In this document: positions 50,908 through 64,000 of the stretch, piece after piece
Position numbering within the stretch: position 1 is the first letter of the stretch
Layout: every line of letters starts with the position of its first letter
Origin: Octopus sinensis
Taxonomy: Eukaryota
Length of the DNA stretch: 64,000 nt
Reading direction: 5' to 3'
NCBI RefSeq assembly: GCF_006345805.1
Contig: NC_042997.1
Location: 87,730,001 to 87,794,000 of the forward strand
The notes under the pieces: generated by a model
Database searches by the model: none
Told to the model about the DNA's origin: nothing
The model's input: only the letters and a program-made list of their open reading frames with translations
Position numbers and translations under genes: made by a program

Positions 50908-52689
50908 TATACACACACATATGTTGATTCAAACAGGAAATATAGAACTAGTTTGATAAGTGCCAATGCGCGACACTCTTGGACCTTGAGTTACTCTGTT
51001 ACTTCTGCTAAATATTATATCAAAATACACACACACACACACATATATATATATAGACATACACATGTTCATACATAAAAGTATACCCAGTACACTCCGT
51101 AAAGTGGTTGGCCTTAGGAAGGGTGTCCAGCTGCAGAAATCATCCCAAAACAGACAATTGGTACCTAGGCAGCTCCTGGTTGGCCAGTTCCCGTCATATC
51201 ATCCAGACTACACCAGCATGGAAAACAGACATTAAATGATGTGGATGATGATATATATATATGTATGTGCATATGTATATAAATATGACTGTACATAATT
51301 CACTGAAATGTTTATATCGAGTGCTTCAGTGTTTATGCACATAATCTATTATACACATACCCTATATGTGTTTTTGTATTTGTGCCTGTGTGTGTATGCA
51401 TATATTTTGTCCAATCTATGACATCGTGAAAATGCAGGCATGGTGGTGATGATGATGATGATAATTATGATTTGTATTCACATATGTATACATAAACAAC
51501 CAGACATATGTACACATTCTGCTCGAATTTCCAATTCCTGACAAACAAATAACATAGAGTGTTCTATATGAATGATATTATTATTCAAATTTTTCCCCTT
51601 CTAATCACAGAAATATTTCCATGAAGCAAATGAAAGCTGTTTGTGGCAAGTCAGGCTATTATTAATCTACTACAGTGAGACAATAACAAAGAAATTAGGA
51701 TGGAGTCATCGAAATAAGTTTGTAGTAAAATTTTCCAATATTAATACTTTAGTTGCTGGTCTTACGAAGTAAAGCAACATTTGAATATTATTAAAATGTT
51801 AAATTCGGCCTTACTTGTCAGCCATCTGGTGTTTTGATTTATTTTATGCAGGAGTTTACAAATTTATAAGAAAGGAAATGAAAGTGAATGATATTCATAT
51901 GCATTCCCCACCCCACCCCACTACTGAGAATCACTGGCATATGGTAAAGTGAATTGGATCTAACTGGGAATCAAAACTGCATCAATATTTTGGTTTGCCA
52001 ATTTTGTATATGTTTGGCTAATTTTGGTGCAAGAGATAGAGAAATTGACCGAAGTGATTCAAGTAATATTACTGTCTTTGTCGGTGGCAGTGGTGGCAGC
52101 ATTGTCAGTGGGATTGGCATTTGTGTTGGCATTGGCAATAGCAGTGGCAGCAGTGACGGTGGTGACAGTGGTAGCAGCAAGAGCAGTGGCAGTGGTGACA
52201 TCATCATCACCACTATCACCATTATCATTTTAACATCTACATTTCCCTGCTAGCACAGGTTGAACAGAATTTATAGAAGTGGATTTCCTATGACTAGATG
52301 ACCTTCCTGTTGCAAACCCTCACCTGTTTCCAAGTAAGATAATATTTCCCCAATACCAGACATGTTTGCATGGAAAATAGGAAATCAAAGATGCTAGCAT
52401 GACAGTGGCAACTATCACATAATGTGAAGGCAAAGAGACAGTAACATACACACATATACATATCTATATATGACAGGCTTCTTTATTCTAAGTTCAAATC
52501 TTCCTTAAAATCCACTTTTAGTCTTATTTGTTAATATTATGATAGCTTCAATTATTTATTCATCTTAACTCATTGCTTTACATGCTAGATCTTTGGTGAG
52601 AAGTCTATCAAGGACATTGCCTTCAAGATATATTCAACTTAATTTCATTACTTTCACCTTCAATATAATTCTATATAAACTTCTGTTTA

Positions 52690-53264
52690 AACTTGTGATT
52701 GAGAAGCTCACTTTGTAACTACATGGTTCCAGGTTCAGTCCCACTGTGTGGCATGTTGGACTGCTATTACATGTCTGCTATTACATGTCTGCTATACATG
52801 TCTGCTATTACATCCCTGGCTGACCAATGTCTTGTGAGTGCATTTGGTTGATGGAAACCATCCAGAAGCCTGTCACATATATGTATACACATATATACAT
52901 TATATATAAATATAAGTTGATATACAAAAAATATTAAATACATTTAATACAAAAAATGTACATATATATACATATGAAAAAAGTCTGACTTACATGGAAT
53001 AGAAATTTATATGTATACATATGTACATTTTTGTATTAAATGTACTCTTTTACTTGTTTCAGTCATTTGAATGTGGCCATGCTGGAGCACTGCCTTTAGT
53101 CGAGCAAATCAACTCCAGGACTTATTCTTTGTAAGCCCAGTACTTATTCTATCGGTCACTTTTGCTGAACTGCTAAGTTACGGGGATGTAAACACACCAG
53201 CATCAGTTGTCAAGCAAAGTTGAGGGGACAAACACAGACACACAGACATATACACACACATACT

Positions 53265-53310
<46 letters not shown>

Positions 53311-53462
53311 TATGACAGGCTTCTTTCAGTTTCTGTCTGCTAAATCTACTCACAAGGCTTTGGTCAGCCCGAGGCTATAGTAGATACTTGCTCAAGGTGC
53401 CATGCAGTGGGACTGAACCTGGAACCATGTGGTTGTTAAGCAAGCTACTTACCACACAACCA
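52690..53462. mobile_element. Two oppositely oriented SINE A copies (+ head 52690-52880; - full copy 53045-53462)
   Basis: Family matches. The + copy carries a 14-bp CTGCTATTACATGT unit repeated about 4 times at 52761-52813. Confidence 0.85.
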
Positions 53463-55158
53463 CTATTTTTTTTGTGTATTGACTTGCCTAACTTGCTTGG
53501 CCTTACATTTGCTCCTCTACCCACTCAAGTTCATTCTCTTGAGCACTACAAAGTATATTCTATAAAGAGAACACCTGTCTCTAATCGATAAACTACATAC
53601 ATTACACACACACACACATACATATATCATCAACACTTAATGTGCTTTCTATGCTGGCATGGGGTGGATTCATATATATATATATATATTAAAATTTCCT
53701 CTATTTACATAATATTGAAGTCTCTTTCTTTCTTTTGTTATCTTACCATTTTTACCAATATATATATATATATATATATATCATATATGGATGTATACAC
53801 GCACACTCACACACACATACATACACCACACATACATACACCATACACACACATGAGTGATTGGGCATGTATCTTTGTATTTGTCTTCCATCACTGCTTG
53901 ATAGACAGTTTTCTTTTTTACATCCCCATAATCTCATGATTCGGCAAAAGACATCAACAGAGTAAGTACCAGACTTAAAAAAAAAAGAAAATACTGGATT
54001 AAGTTTGTTGGATTAAATCCTTAAAAGTGGTGCCCCAGCATAGCTACAGTCCTATGACTAAAACTAGTAAAACATAGAAGATAGCACTGCAGTTCAAAAC
54101 TGCAGGCCGATGGTGGTGTAGGCAGTAGTAGTAGCAGTGATGCTGATGATGGCAGCAGCACTGGTTGTTTCTACTAGTCACCTTCTCTGCTTTTATTTAC
54201 AGCGTAAGAATAATTTGAAGGTCAAATCTTTATGAACATTGTCCCAGTGATAACAGTACCTAAAGGTAAACACAACCACATCAGCAACTCTAAATCTAAT
54301 AATATTGTTGTTTGTGGCAAGAGAAAAGGAAGGCTTCAATAGCATTGCCTGCAACAATAAATTAGACAACATTTTTATAATTCTGGTCATGTCCCATAGA
54401 AGATGTAGAGTGAAGAGTCAATTATTCTTTGGGTGAGTAAAAAAAAGAGAGTAAGGTCGGGAGAGAAAGAAAGAAGGAATAATGTTTTTTCTTTCCCTGA
54501 GACGCTTTAATTTGTATAAGGTTAATCAGCCATTTTTATTACAAAATCAACAAGAGACTACCACACAATTAGTAGCTCAAATTTACCAACCTGAAAAAAC
54601 AAAGGCACAAAAAAGAAAGAGAAAAAAAAGGCAAAACCAAAATATATCTTAAACTATTCACCAGATCACACAGATGACAGTAAACACAATAGTGATGGTT
54701 GTATTTTCAAATTCTGACATTTGCAGGTATTATAGTCAATACTGTTCTACTGCTAGTTTACCTCTACAATGTTTGATGTTCTTATTTGTAAATTGAGACT
54801 AATACTTAGATTTTACATATAAACAAAATATCGCATTGAGAAAGACATGGTACCAAATCTATAGTGTCAGCATAAGTAGCTCAGTATATTTACAAAAGTT
54901 TTATGCTATTAACTTCATCATTCATGTGTCTATGTTCTTAAATTTTAATTAGTTTTCCTCTGATTAGCTCCCAGAATCGTGTACATATATATATATATGT
55001 ACATATATTTCAGCATTATCAGTGACAAGCAGCGTTTAGGCATAAGCAAACTGTAGGTGAGTTAAAATATGTTTGTGACATATTACATCTAGAGGCAAAT
55101 TCACTGCAGTTACCATGGGAAAAATTCTCTCTTATGCTAAAAGATATAAAAACACCAC

Positions 55159-55192
<34 letters not shown>

Positions 55193-55744
55193 CACAGGGC
55201 GGTGCCCCAGCATGGCCTCAGCCGGATGGCTGAAACAAGTAAAAGAGTAAAAGAGTATACACACATGCACGCACACATACATACATACATACCTACATAC
55301 ACACACACACATATATAACACACTCACAGATATATGTGTGTGTGTGTGTACACATAGTTCTGTGGCATAGTGAAATAACTGTCTCCTATCCAAGGGTAAT
55401 ATTTATATGAGAAAATACGGCACCTAAAGTTAACAAAGACAAGAAAAATATCTTGAAAGATGATGTTAATGAACTGGAAATTTTAAACATTTTAGCAAAA
55501 TTCATTTCAGAAATTCTGATGTGTAAGAACTATTTTATTTTACAACAGAGATTCACAGTCTGGGAAATAATGCCCTTTGGAAGCATTGTGTGATAAAAAA
55601 AAAAGGGTGGGAATACTTGGTGATTAGAGGAGTTGTGATATTTTTTAGAAAATACTTGTTTTAAGTGCTTTTTCAATTCTGTTATTTTAAGTACATTTTC
55701 AAACAAGTTTTTGCTAGGATTAAAAAATGAGCAAGATATTCTGT

Positions 55745-56556
55745 TATTGGTTTCAAATTTTGGCACAAGGCCAGCAGGTTTGGGAAAAGAGCTAAGTCAA
55801 TTAAATTAACTCCAGTTTCCAACTGGTACTTATTGATCCCAAAAGGATGAAAGGCAAAACTGATCTTGGCAGAATGTGAACTCAGAATGTAAAGATGGAT
55901 GAAATGCTGCTAAGCATTTCACTCAGCATGCTAATGATTCTGCTAGCACATCACCTTAAAAGATATTCTGTTATTAACGAGCATAAAATATGACTGGTGA
56001 TGTGCTAGGGTCCAACATAATATCTCAACAAAAGTACACGCCTTCTTTAGTAATTTCCATTAATATTTAACATAGAGGTTACAAGTTTATGTAAACATCA
56101 AAAAAGAGACACATACTGGCTGGAATATGGATAATAGACTACTGTATAACATTAGCTTCTGTTTGATGAAAATATTCTGGTGTTCTGTTGATATTTGTTT
56201 GCAAAACAGATGAAGGGGCACTTGTAAGATGCTGTTAGTGAAAGGAAGCATTGGACTACAAAAGATTAAGAAGTACTGTTTTACACATGACAGGCTTATA
56301 ATATGATAGGATTTTACACCACAGCAATCTTACCATATATTTAAATATTTTCTTTTTCTGATGCTCTTAGATATCTATGATTTTATGAGTGGGCTTCTCA
56401 TTTCTTTTGCATTGGAGCAATTGTTTTTACAGTTGGATACCTTTCTAAACATTAACCACTGAACTCTAAAGTTGGAAAATACAATAACTGTAATATTACT
56501 GGAATTTTTAACTTCATGCTCAATACTCCAGCATCTTAACTTCAAAGACCTTATTC

Positions 56557-56652
<96 letters not shown>

Positions 56653-57003
56653 TAATAAGTGGCAAACTGGCAGAATTGTTAGCATGCTGGGCGAAATGTT
56701 TAGCAGTATTTTGTCTGTCTTCATTTTCTGAGTTCAAATTCTGCAGAAGTCCACTTTGTCTTTCATCCTTTTGGGGGTCAATAAAATAAATACCAGTTGT
56801 ATACTGGGGTTGATGTAATCGACTGTACCCCTCCTCCAAATTTCAGGCCATGTGCTTATTGTAGAAAGGATTACTGTTACTATTATTTCGGTTTGACTCA
56901 GATTTAGTATTATTCCTGTTAGGATTTGTGTGTAGCAGGTTACTACCAGTAATCTTAAGTATCCACAAATTTTCAGTAGCCTTTCAGATGCTTAGAACCC
57001 ACC

Positions 57004-57052
<49 letters not shown>

Positions 57053-57325
57053 CATTATTATCATCATCATCATCAACACCATCATTATTATTATTACTGT
57101 AAGGCAATGAGCTGACAGAATTGTTAACAAGCTGGACAAAATGCTTAGAGGCATTTCATTCATCTTTACATTCTGAGTTCAAATTCTGCTGAGGTCATCT
57201 TTGCCTTTTATCTTTTCAGGGTTGATTAAATGAGTAACTGTTGTGCACTGTAGTCAATGTAATCAACTTACCCCAAATTGACATCTCCCAAATTTCAGGC
57301 CTTGTACCGATAATAGAAAAGATTA
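55745..57325. mobile_element. Three SINE family B copies (- 55745-55960; + 56660-56880; + 57100-57325), the + copies following (TAA)n/(ATT)n tracts
   Basis: CTGGCAGAATTGTTAGC heads and GAGTTCAAATTC B boxes. Confidence 0.85.
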
Positions 57326-57797
57326 TGATTTTTACAGTAAATAACTAATCTTTGTGTTTATCTGTGCCACATTCTCTACAATTATGTTTGTTAATTTCCT
57401 TCCAAGCTATTCTGAGCTTTTGTCTTTTATCCTTCCCTTGTTTCAGTCATTGGACTGTGGCCATGCTGGGGTACCACCTTGAAGGGTTTAGTCAAATTTG
57501 CCTCAGTATTTGTGTTTTCTTTTTATCTGGTACTTTTAGTGAACTGCTAAGTTATAGGAGCATAGCACAAACATTCACCCCACCTCCACCCCTATATACA
57601 TATATTTATAATATGTATACACATACATGCACATGCACATACACACACACAAACACACACACACACACACATACACACACATTGGGCTTCCACATGGTTT
57701 CTGTTTATCTATTTACTCACAAGGTAGTTGTTGATCCTGGACTATTGTAGAAGACACTGGCCCTAGGTACTGCACTGACATTATTAGTAAGACATAC

Positions 57798-57907
57798 CAA
57801 CTGTTTCAACTTTGTTCTTAATTCAGTAAGTGAAATAAACATCCACCTCAGCCCTTCGCCTTTGCTAACCATTTCTATTACCGCCAGCCCCACATCAGCT
57901 AAAATAT
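57798..57907 (-). CDS. Internal coding exon of an unidentified gene (DILADVGLAVIEMVSKGEGLRWMFISLTELRTKLKQL)
   Basis: Acceptor CTCATTTACAG and donor TTG|GTATGT, 110 nt (phase 1 to 0). Unique, GC-elevated sequence with a natural-looking peptide. Confidence 0.75.
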
Positions 57908-58049
57908 CTGTAAATGAGCAAATGAGGAAATCTCTACACCATTGGTTCTCATCCAATTTTTACTTGTGGATCCTTTTGATCCCTTTTTTTTCACTTGGGT
58001 GGGCCCTCATAACCATTTGATGTTTGAAAACATCCTTTTCGTTTATTCT

Positions 58050-58745
58050 TTTATATGCTTCAGTTGTTTGACTGTAGCCATGCTGGAGCACTGCCTTGAA
58101 GGGATTTAGTCAAATAAATCAACTCCAAGACTTATTTTTTATAGCCTAGTACTTATTCTGTCAGTCTCTTTTACCAAACTGTTAAGTTACAGGGACATAA
58201 GCACACCAACACCATATATATATATATATATATATACATACATGTGTGTGTGTGTATGTGGAGGTGCAATGGCCCAGTGGTTAGGGCAGCGGGCTCGTGG
58301 TCGGAGGATCGTGGTTTCGATTCCCAGACTGGGCGTTGTGTGTGTTTATTGAGTGAAAACACCTAAAAAAAGCCCCACGAGGCTCCGGCAGGGGGTGGTG
58401 GCGACCTCTGTTGTACTCTTTTGCCATAACTCTCTCTCACTCTCTCTTCCTGTTTCTTGCGTAATGCTGCAATGGCCTGGCATCCCATCCAGCTGCCATA
58501 GAAACTGGGAAACTGGGCCTATGAGCCTGGCTATGCTTCAAAAGGGCGAAAAGAGAAAGATACATATATATATATATATACAACAGGCTTCTTTCAGTTT
58601 CAATCTACCAAATCCACTCAAAAGGCTTTGGTTAGACTGAAGCTATAATAAAAGACACTTACTCATGGTGCCATATCAGTGAGACTGAACCCAGAACTAT
58701 GTGGTTGGGAAGCAAGCTTCTTACAACACTGCTATTCCTGCACCT
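58050..58745 (-). mobile_element. SINE family A interrupted by a + strand tRNA-derived SINE (58260-58550)
   Basis: Family A halves flank an insert with A box TGGCCCAGTGG and B box GGTTTCGATTCC. Confidence 0.88.
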
Positions 58746-59198
58746 ATTGTATTTTTATAATTAAATATTATTTAGAATTTTATTAAAAAATTGTTAAAAT
58801 ATTTCGTGTATTGCAGAAGCATAGCCAATTTATTGCACGTTAAGTTTTAATAACAAAATCTTAAATGGACCCCCAAGTCCCATATAGACTCCCAAGGGCC
58901 ATATGGACCCTGATTGAGAACCACTGCAATCTATCTACAGCAAAAATGTAGCCAAATTCACTGAAGTGCCACATAGGACATATTGGATAATTTGGATGAT
59001 GTTGTCCTGTATACTTATAAAAAAAAATGAAAAACAAAAAGAGGGCATTGCAGTTGTTGGGATTTCTTTGATCTCATGCATCTGCTCGGACAGAGCTAAT
59101 TCAGAGTTAACAAACAACAACGAGCCCATCCCCAGTTTGTCTGACAAATGATTGCTCTCTCTTATTTCACTGTTGATGACAGCAGTAAATTCTCTCAC

Positions 59199-59216
59199 CC
59201 ATGTTTAGATAGAAAA
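59199..59216 (-). CDS. Candidate 18-nt microexon (xFYLNM), phase 1-1
   Basis: Acceptor ATTTTACATTTAG and donor GG|GTGAGA. It joins in frame to 57798-57907 as FYLNMDILAD. Confidence 0.4.
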
Positions 59217-59348
59217 CTAAATGTAAAATTTCCAAACAAATTAGATTTTAACTGAGATTAAGATATATACATATGTATATTCATTCATACATATATACAT
59301 ACATACATACATACATACATACATACATACATACATACACACATACAA

Positions 59349-59399
<51 letters not shown>

Positions 59400-60385
59400 A
59401 ATACATTCATGTATATACACACATATGTATATACAAATACACATATGTTTACAAATACTAGCATAGATACATGCACATATGCACGTATGCATACATACAT
59501 AGTCTAGAAATGGGAAATATATAGACATAATATGGAAGTATATTAATAGTATACTGTTATATCCTAGAGATACATACCTACATATATTGTCTACTTTATA
59601 CTTATGGTAACATCTCACATATATATTACAATGATTTGAAGATCTGTGATTAACTAAGATGTTCCATGCAATTCAGAGACAAAAAGTGCACCCAGAGGTG
59701 TTAAATCAACTGCATTTCCTATAGATTTCCTATAACAAAGAGTCTTCTATATTTTAAAGATGATTCTATTTAACCAAAGATGGAATTAACTAAGTTCTCA
59801 TAGATGATAATAGATCTCTTATAAATCTTCTAGAGATCTGAGTGACACAGTGTTGTCAGTGTCTAGCTGATTCTATTTATGTTCTGGATTTGAATATTAT
59901 GGTAGTTGATGATTTTGCTTTTCATACTTCTAGAAAATATACCAGAAGGCAGAGTCAATAAAATATGCACCAATAATATATTATGTAATGCTACCCCAGT
60001 GTCCGCAAAATTTGTGTTTTTCTGCCAAATCATTGTTTTGGTATATTTTACAATAAGAATATTTGATGCAACTGCTAAGATTGTGCAGTTAATGAATCTT
60101 TTTATGGTATAATAGCATTGTTCGTTATAGGTTTCCAACAAGATAATTACTACTTCTCTGCATTTCTGACTGCAAGCCTGATACAGGTGTAGCTGTAACT
60201 CAATGCAGAACAAATATCACAAGGTTTTTATTTAATCTGAAATCACTGATATATATCAGTGTACGATACACATATCACATTGTCTTTGATGTTGTACAGT
60301 GGGACTAAACCTGAGACCAAGTATCTGTGGGCAAAATTTCTTAAACCACAAGGTAATATTCCCATATTTGTCTCTTTCTCTCTCT

Positions 60386-60427
<42 letters not shown>

Positions 60428-60519
60428 ATGCGTGCATGGGAGTGTGTATGCAAAGATTTGAGCAATGTTGACTCCAACATCAGGACTAACTTCATGCAAG
60501 CATGAAGGCATGCTGACAA

Positions 60520-60735
60520 AACACTGTTTCTCTAAATGGAAACTTTACCTGTCATTGTGATTTGTGGCACGAAGCAAAGCAGGCCTTGCTATCCACTCAA
60601 GAAAATACATAGTAAATGATCCACAAGCACTCAAGCAAACTGAGTCCTCAACTTGTTTCATTTGCCAAAAGGTTTGCAAGGCACCATCAGGCCTCAAGAG
60701 ACACATTTGTGTCCATAGAACATGATTAATGCTTT
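60520..60735 (+). mobile_element. RTE-type LINE ORF 3' relic
   Basis: Terminal zinc finger CFICQKVCKAPSGLKRHICVH*, which resembles the C-termini of RTE ORFs. Confidence 0.55.
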
Positions 60736-61527
60736 ACTTTACTAAATGCTCATTTGGTGTTCACCACAAAAGAATCAATCATCATACACACACACACACA
60801 CACACACACACATGAAATGTATCTACCCTATATTGATAGATAAATAGGGTGAGTCATACTGCTTACATATAAACTATCTTGAAATTAAGTAACTTAACCC
60901 AGAACAATCCACAAATGATATGAAATAAACAAACAGAAAACTCTTAACACTTCCAGAACCAAATGTTCTAACTTAAGAACCTACAAAAATTAAAGGAGTC
61001 CACGGATAAAACACCTTGAAATATATATCACCCTCAACATTATTTAACGTTCAATTTTCTATGTTTGCATGGGTCAGATGGAATTTGTGCAGGCAGATTT
61101 TCTATGTCACCAACTCTCACCTTTTTCCAAGCAAGGGTATTATTTTCCCATGACCAAATATTCTTTTCACAGAAGACTGGAAATGAAGATGTGTGACTAA
61201 TTCTCATTTACAGCCATCACATGATTTCTGGGCAAAGGTACATACAAGCACACACATAAGCACACATGCAAGTACACACACACACACACACACATGCACA
61301 CACTGGGCTTCTTTCAGTTTTCATCGAAAAGTTCACTCACATGGCTTTGGTTGACCCTGGATCTATAGTAAAGGACCAAAGTCCTATAGAGTGGGACTAG
61401 CTTGAAACCAAGTAGTAGGGAGGTTAAGTTCTCAATCACACAGCTATACCCATGCACACACACATGCATACACACATGCATACACACATGCTCACACACA
61501 CACACACACACACAGATAGATAGATAA

Positions 61528-63409
61528 CACTGGACAATAATTGTTTTCAAGTTTATTTGTTGAATGAGATTTTACTGATTCTGTCTTTCTTGTGCTAGTT
61601 ACAAATCTGTAGCCGGTTTGCTTTCTATTCTCTCGTTATCTTGCAATTTAAAGATTAACATTTTATACATTTATAATTAAATTTTTCATATTGAGATACA
61701 TATATCCCAATATTCATTCAGCATTTAGACCTATTATGCACTCTGAAACACTCCTGATTCTAGTATTCATTGGGTAAGCAAGCAAACAAGAGTACAAGGA
61801 TAATAATGAAGATCAAGAGATTTCTTCAGAATTCCAAGACCCCTCTTATGGTACCAAGAAATCAGCTTCTCAACAGTTTAACCAAACAGAACTGATTGAT
61901 TTAGTGCATGATTTGGGACTCACTAAGACTGCAGTTGAAGTTCTAACATTTAGGCTGCAAAAGTTTCTTATTTTCAAAAATTAGACCATATTTTTGTATC
62001 ATTTTTTTTCAGAAGAGAACCACTTTGTTTACTGTCATAATATTCCTGGCCATCTCCAGGAATTAGGAATCCCATTGTACAGTTCAACTGACTGGCAACT
62101 ACTTCTAGAGAGTTCTAAGCATAGCCTCAAGCATGTTCTCCCACACAATGGCAATGTTTATGGAGCTGTCATAGTTGGTCACTCAGTGCATTTGCAAGAA
62201 GAATACAATGACATAAAAATGGCTTTTGACTGACTAAAATATCATGAGCACAATTGGACCATTTGTGCAGCTCTGAAAAGGGTTAATTTCCTCCTCAGCC
62301 AACAGAAAGATTTCACAAAGTATCCTTGTTATCTTTGCATGTGGGACAGCTGAGCTCAAGAAAAACACTGGATTCAGAAGTGGCCCATTCAAGAGATTCT
62401 GGAAGCAGACATCCCAAATATTGTGAATGCTTCAATTATCAGCCAAGAAAAGATTATTTTCCCACCACTCCATATAAAGTTGGGCTTGATGAAGCAATTC
62501 ACTAAGGCATTGAATACTGATGGTGAATGTTGTCAACATATAGTGTCTACATTTCCTGGTTTGTCATTCAAGAAGATCAAAGCAGGTGTGTTTAACAGAC
62601 CTCATGTTCTTGCCTTTGTATGTAATGAGGAATTTGTCGTAAAGATGATTGACAAAGAAAGAGCAGCATGGCTGTCATTTGTAAAAGTCATGAAAATTTT
62701 CTTGGAAACAGAAAGGTAGACGACTATGAAATTCTTGAAAATAAAATGCTGCCAGCTTTCCATGATATTGGATGTAACATGAGCATTAAACTCCATTTCC
62801 TGCATAATTACCTCAATTAGTTTCCTGAAAACCTTTGAGATATAAGTGATGAACAAAGAGAACACTTCCACCAATACCTCAGGACCACGGAAGAGCATTA
62901 TCAAGGGTGAGAGGACATAAACGAGATTTCCTTATAAAATGTCTACAAACACAAGAGCTCCAGGCACAAATTCTTGCCTGAATAAGATCTATTTGTGTTT
63001 TCTCTTCCATCCTAATCAGTTTTTCAACTATGTACATCTTTCATTTGTGGATAATATATATTTTCAACAGAAAAGCTGATGGCAAGAAAAATTGGCACAT
63101 GATAACATTTATTTTACTCAGCATTTGAATAAGAAATATTATTTTTATAGCCTAATTCTTATTGTGGTGTACTAACTCATATATATGAATTAAGTTAGAA
63201 TCTCAATGCTCAGATATTTGTTCTTTTCCACCTAGTATGAAGATAGTATAACTAGAAAATTATCAGATGGGTTACATCATGTCTCGAGAAATATTGGATA
63301 TTTGGAAAATATAAAAAAATCTAGGGCTTACTGAAAAAAACTAACTTCATGTTTGAATTCAGCATACACAAATTACGTAATACTAGTTGTTGGTATCAAT
63401 GGAACAGTG
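61528..63409 (+). mobile_element. Chapaev3-like (CMC) DNA transposon, decayed
   Basis: Putative CACTG...CAGTG termini (only 5 bp match, weak) enclosing a transposase pseudogene. Confidence 0.6.
61850..62915 (+). pseudogene. Transposase pseudogene (Chapaev3-like)
   Basis: FTKYPCYLCMWDS, IFPPLHIKLGLMKQFTKAL, KIKAGVF, GCNMSIKLHFLH and SDEQREHFHQ, with stops and frameshifts. The family name is from recall of these motifs. Confidence 0.85.
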
Positions 63410-63900
63410 CACACACACACACACACGTGTGTGTGTAAAGAGAGAAACAGAGGCAAATATATGGATATTACCTTGTGGTTTAAGAAATTTGGTCAAAAGT
63501 TACATGGTCTAAGTTCAATCCCACTGAATGACCTCATGGACAAGTGTCTCTTATTATTGTTGCAGTCTGACCAATACACTATGAGTAAATTGGTAGATGG
63601 AAACTACATGGAAATTTTGTGTGTGTGTGTGTATGTGCATTCACATACATAGATAGATAGTTAGATAGAAAATAAAGAGATGACACCAGAAAAATCAAAT
63701 GTTACATAATGAACTTCATTTGTTTAGATCTGCTATAAGATGTGGGTGACTCTTAGTTGACTACCAGGATAACATCCTATAGGTTCATCAGAGCTTTGAA
63801 TATGAAGTGTACTTTATTTCAGAACATACAGGCATTATGAGTGAGAAACACCAGGTTATTAGTCTCACTATGCCCAAGCAAAATATTAATGTGTGTGTGT

Positions 63901-63956
<56 letters not shown>

Positions 63957-64000
63957 GTGTGTGTGAGGGGGTGGAGCATAGTGGTTGAGAAGTTAGCTTC

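Noticed and set aside
51815-51825. 11-nt minus-strand ATGGCTGACAA|GTAAGG start or microexon
   Set aside because: The upstream acceptor context is A-rich with no pyrimidine tract, and there is no other support.
58260-58335. tRNA-like sequence with A and B boxes (also at 29850 and 35586)
   Set aside because: No complete cloverleaf, and it continues into a SINE body, so it is a SINE head rather than a tRNA gene.
58935-59198. 87-aa minus-strand ORF (REFTAVINSEIRES...)
   Set aside because: It has no credible acceptor, crosses a T homopolymer, and conflicts with the donor at 59198. It cannot be fully excluded without RNA data.
59863-60213. 116-aa minus-strand ORF
   Set aside because: No recognisable motif and no convincing splice-site pair, so it is left uncalled.

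Overview
AT-rich eukaryotic DNA saturated with microsatellites and retroposons. The SINE families (a tRNA-headed GCAGGAGTGGCTGTGTGGTAAG family, a GGCGGCGAGCTGGCAGAATCGTTAGC family and RTE-type (GAT)n tails) are ones I recognise from Octopus genomes; the species call is from recall, not a search. Most of the ORF track is repeat noise. The window appears to be mainly intronic: there is one well-supported minus-strand exon (57798-57907) of an unidentified gene, plus several weaker candidate exons. Recognisable relics include mariner, maT, Tigger, Chapaev3-like, piggyBac-type and Tc1-type MITEs, RTE, R4/Dong-like and Penelope-like elements. The main unannotated signal is five type I hammerhead-ribozyme motifs from four unrelated sequence contexts, at 19.0 kb, 32.6 kb, 36.3/36.6 kb and 47.9 kb. 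The 47.9 kb motif lies in a ~355-bp, ~1.45-unit tandem repeat that starts 11 nt after the predicted cleavage site, as expected for a retrozyme or Penelope pLTR. The 36 kb pair lies in the two arms of a near-perfect 242-bp inverted repeat. All folds and identities were worked out by hand, and many TE boundaries are approximate.
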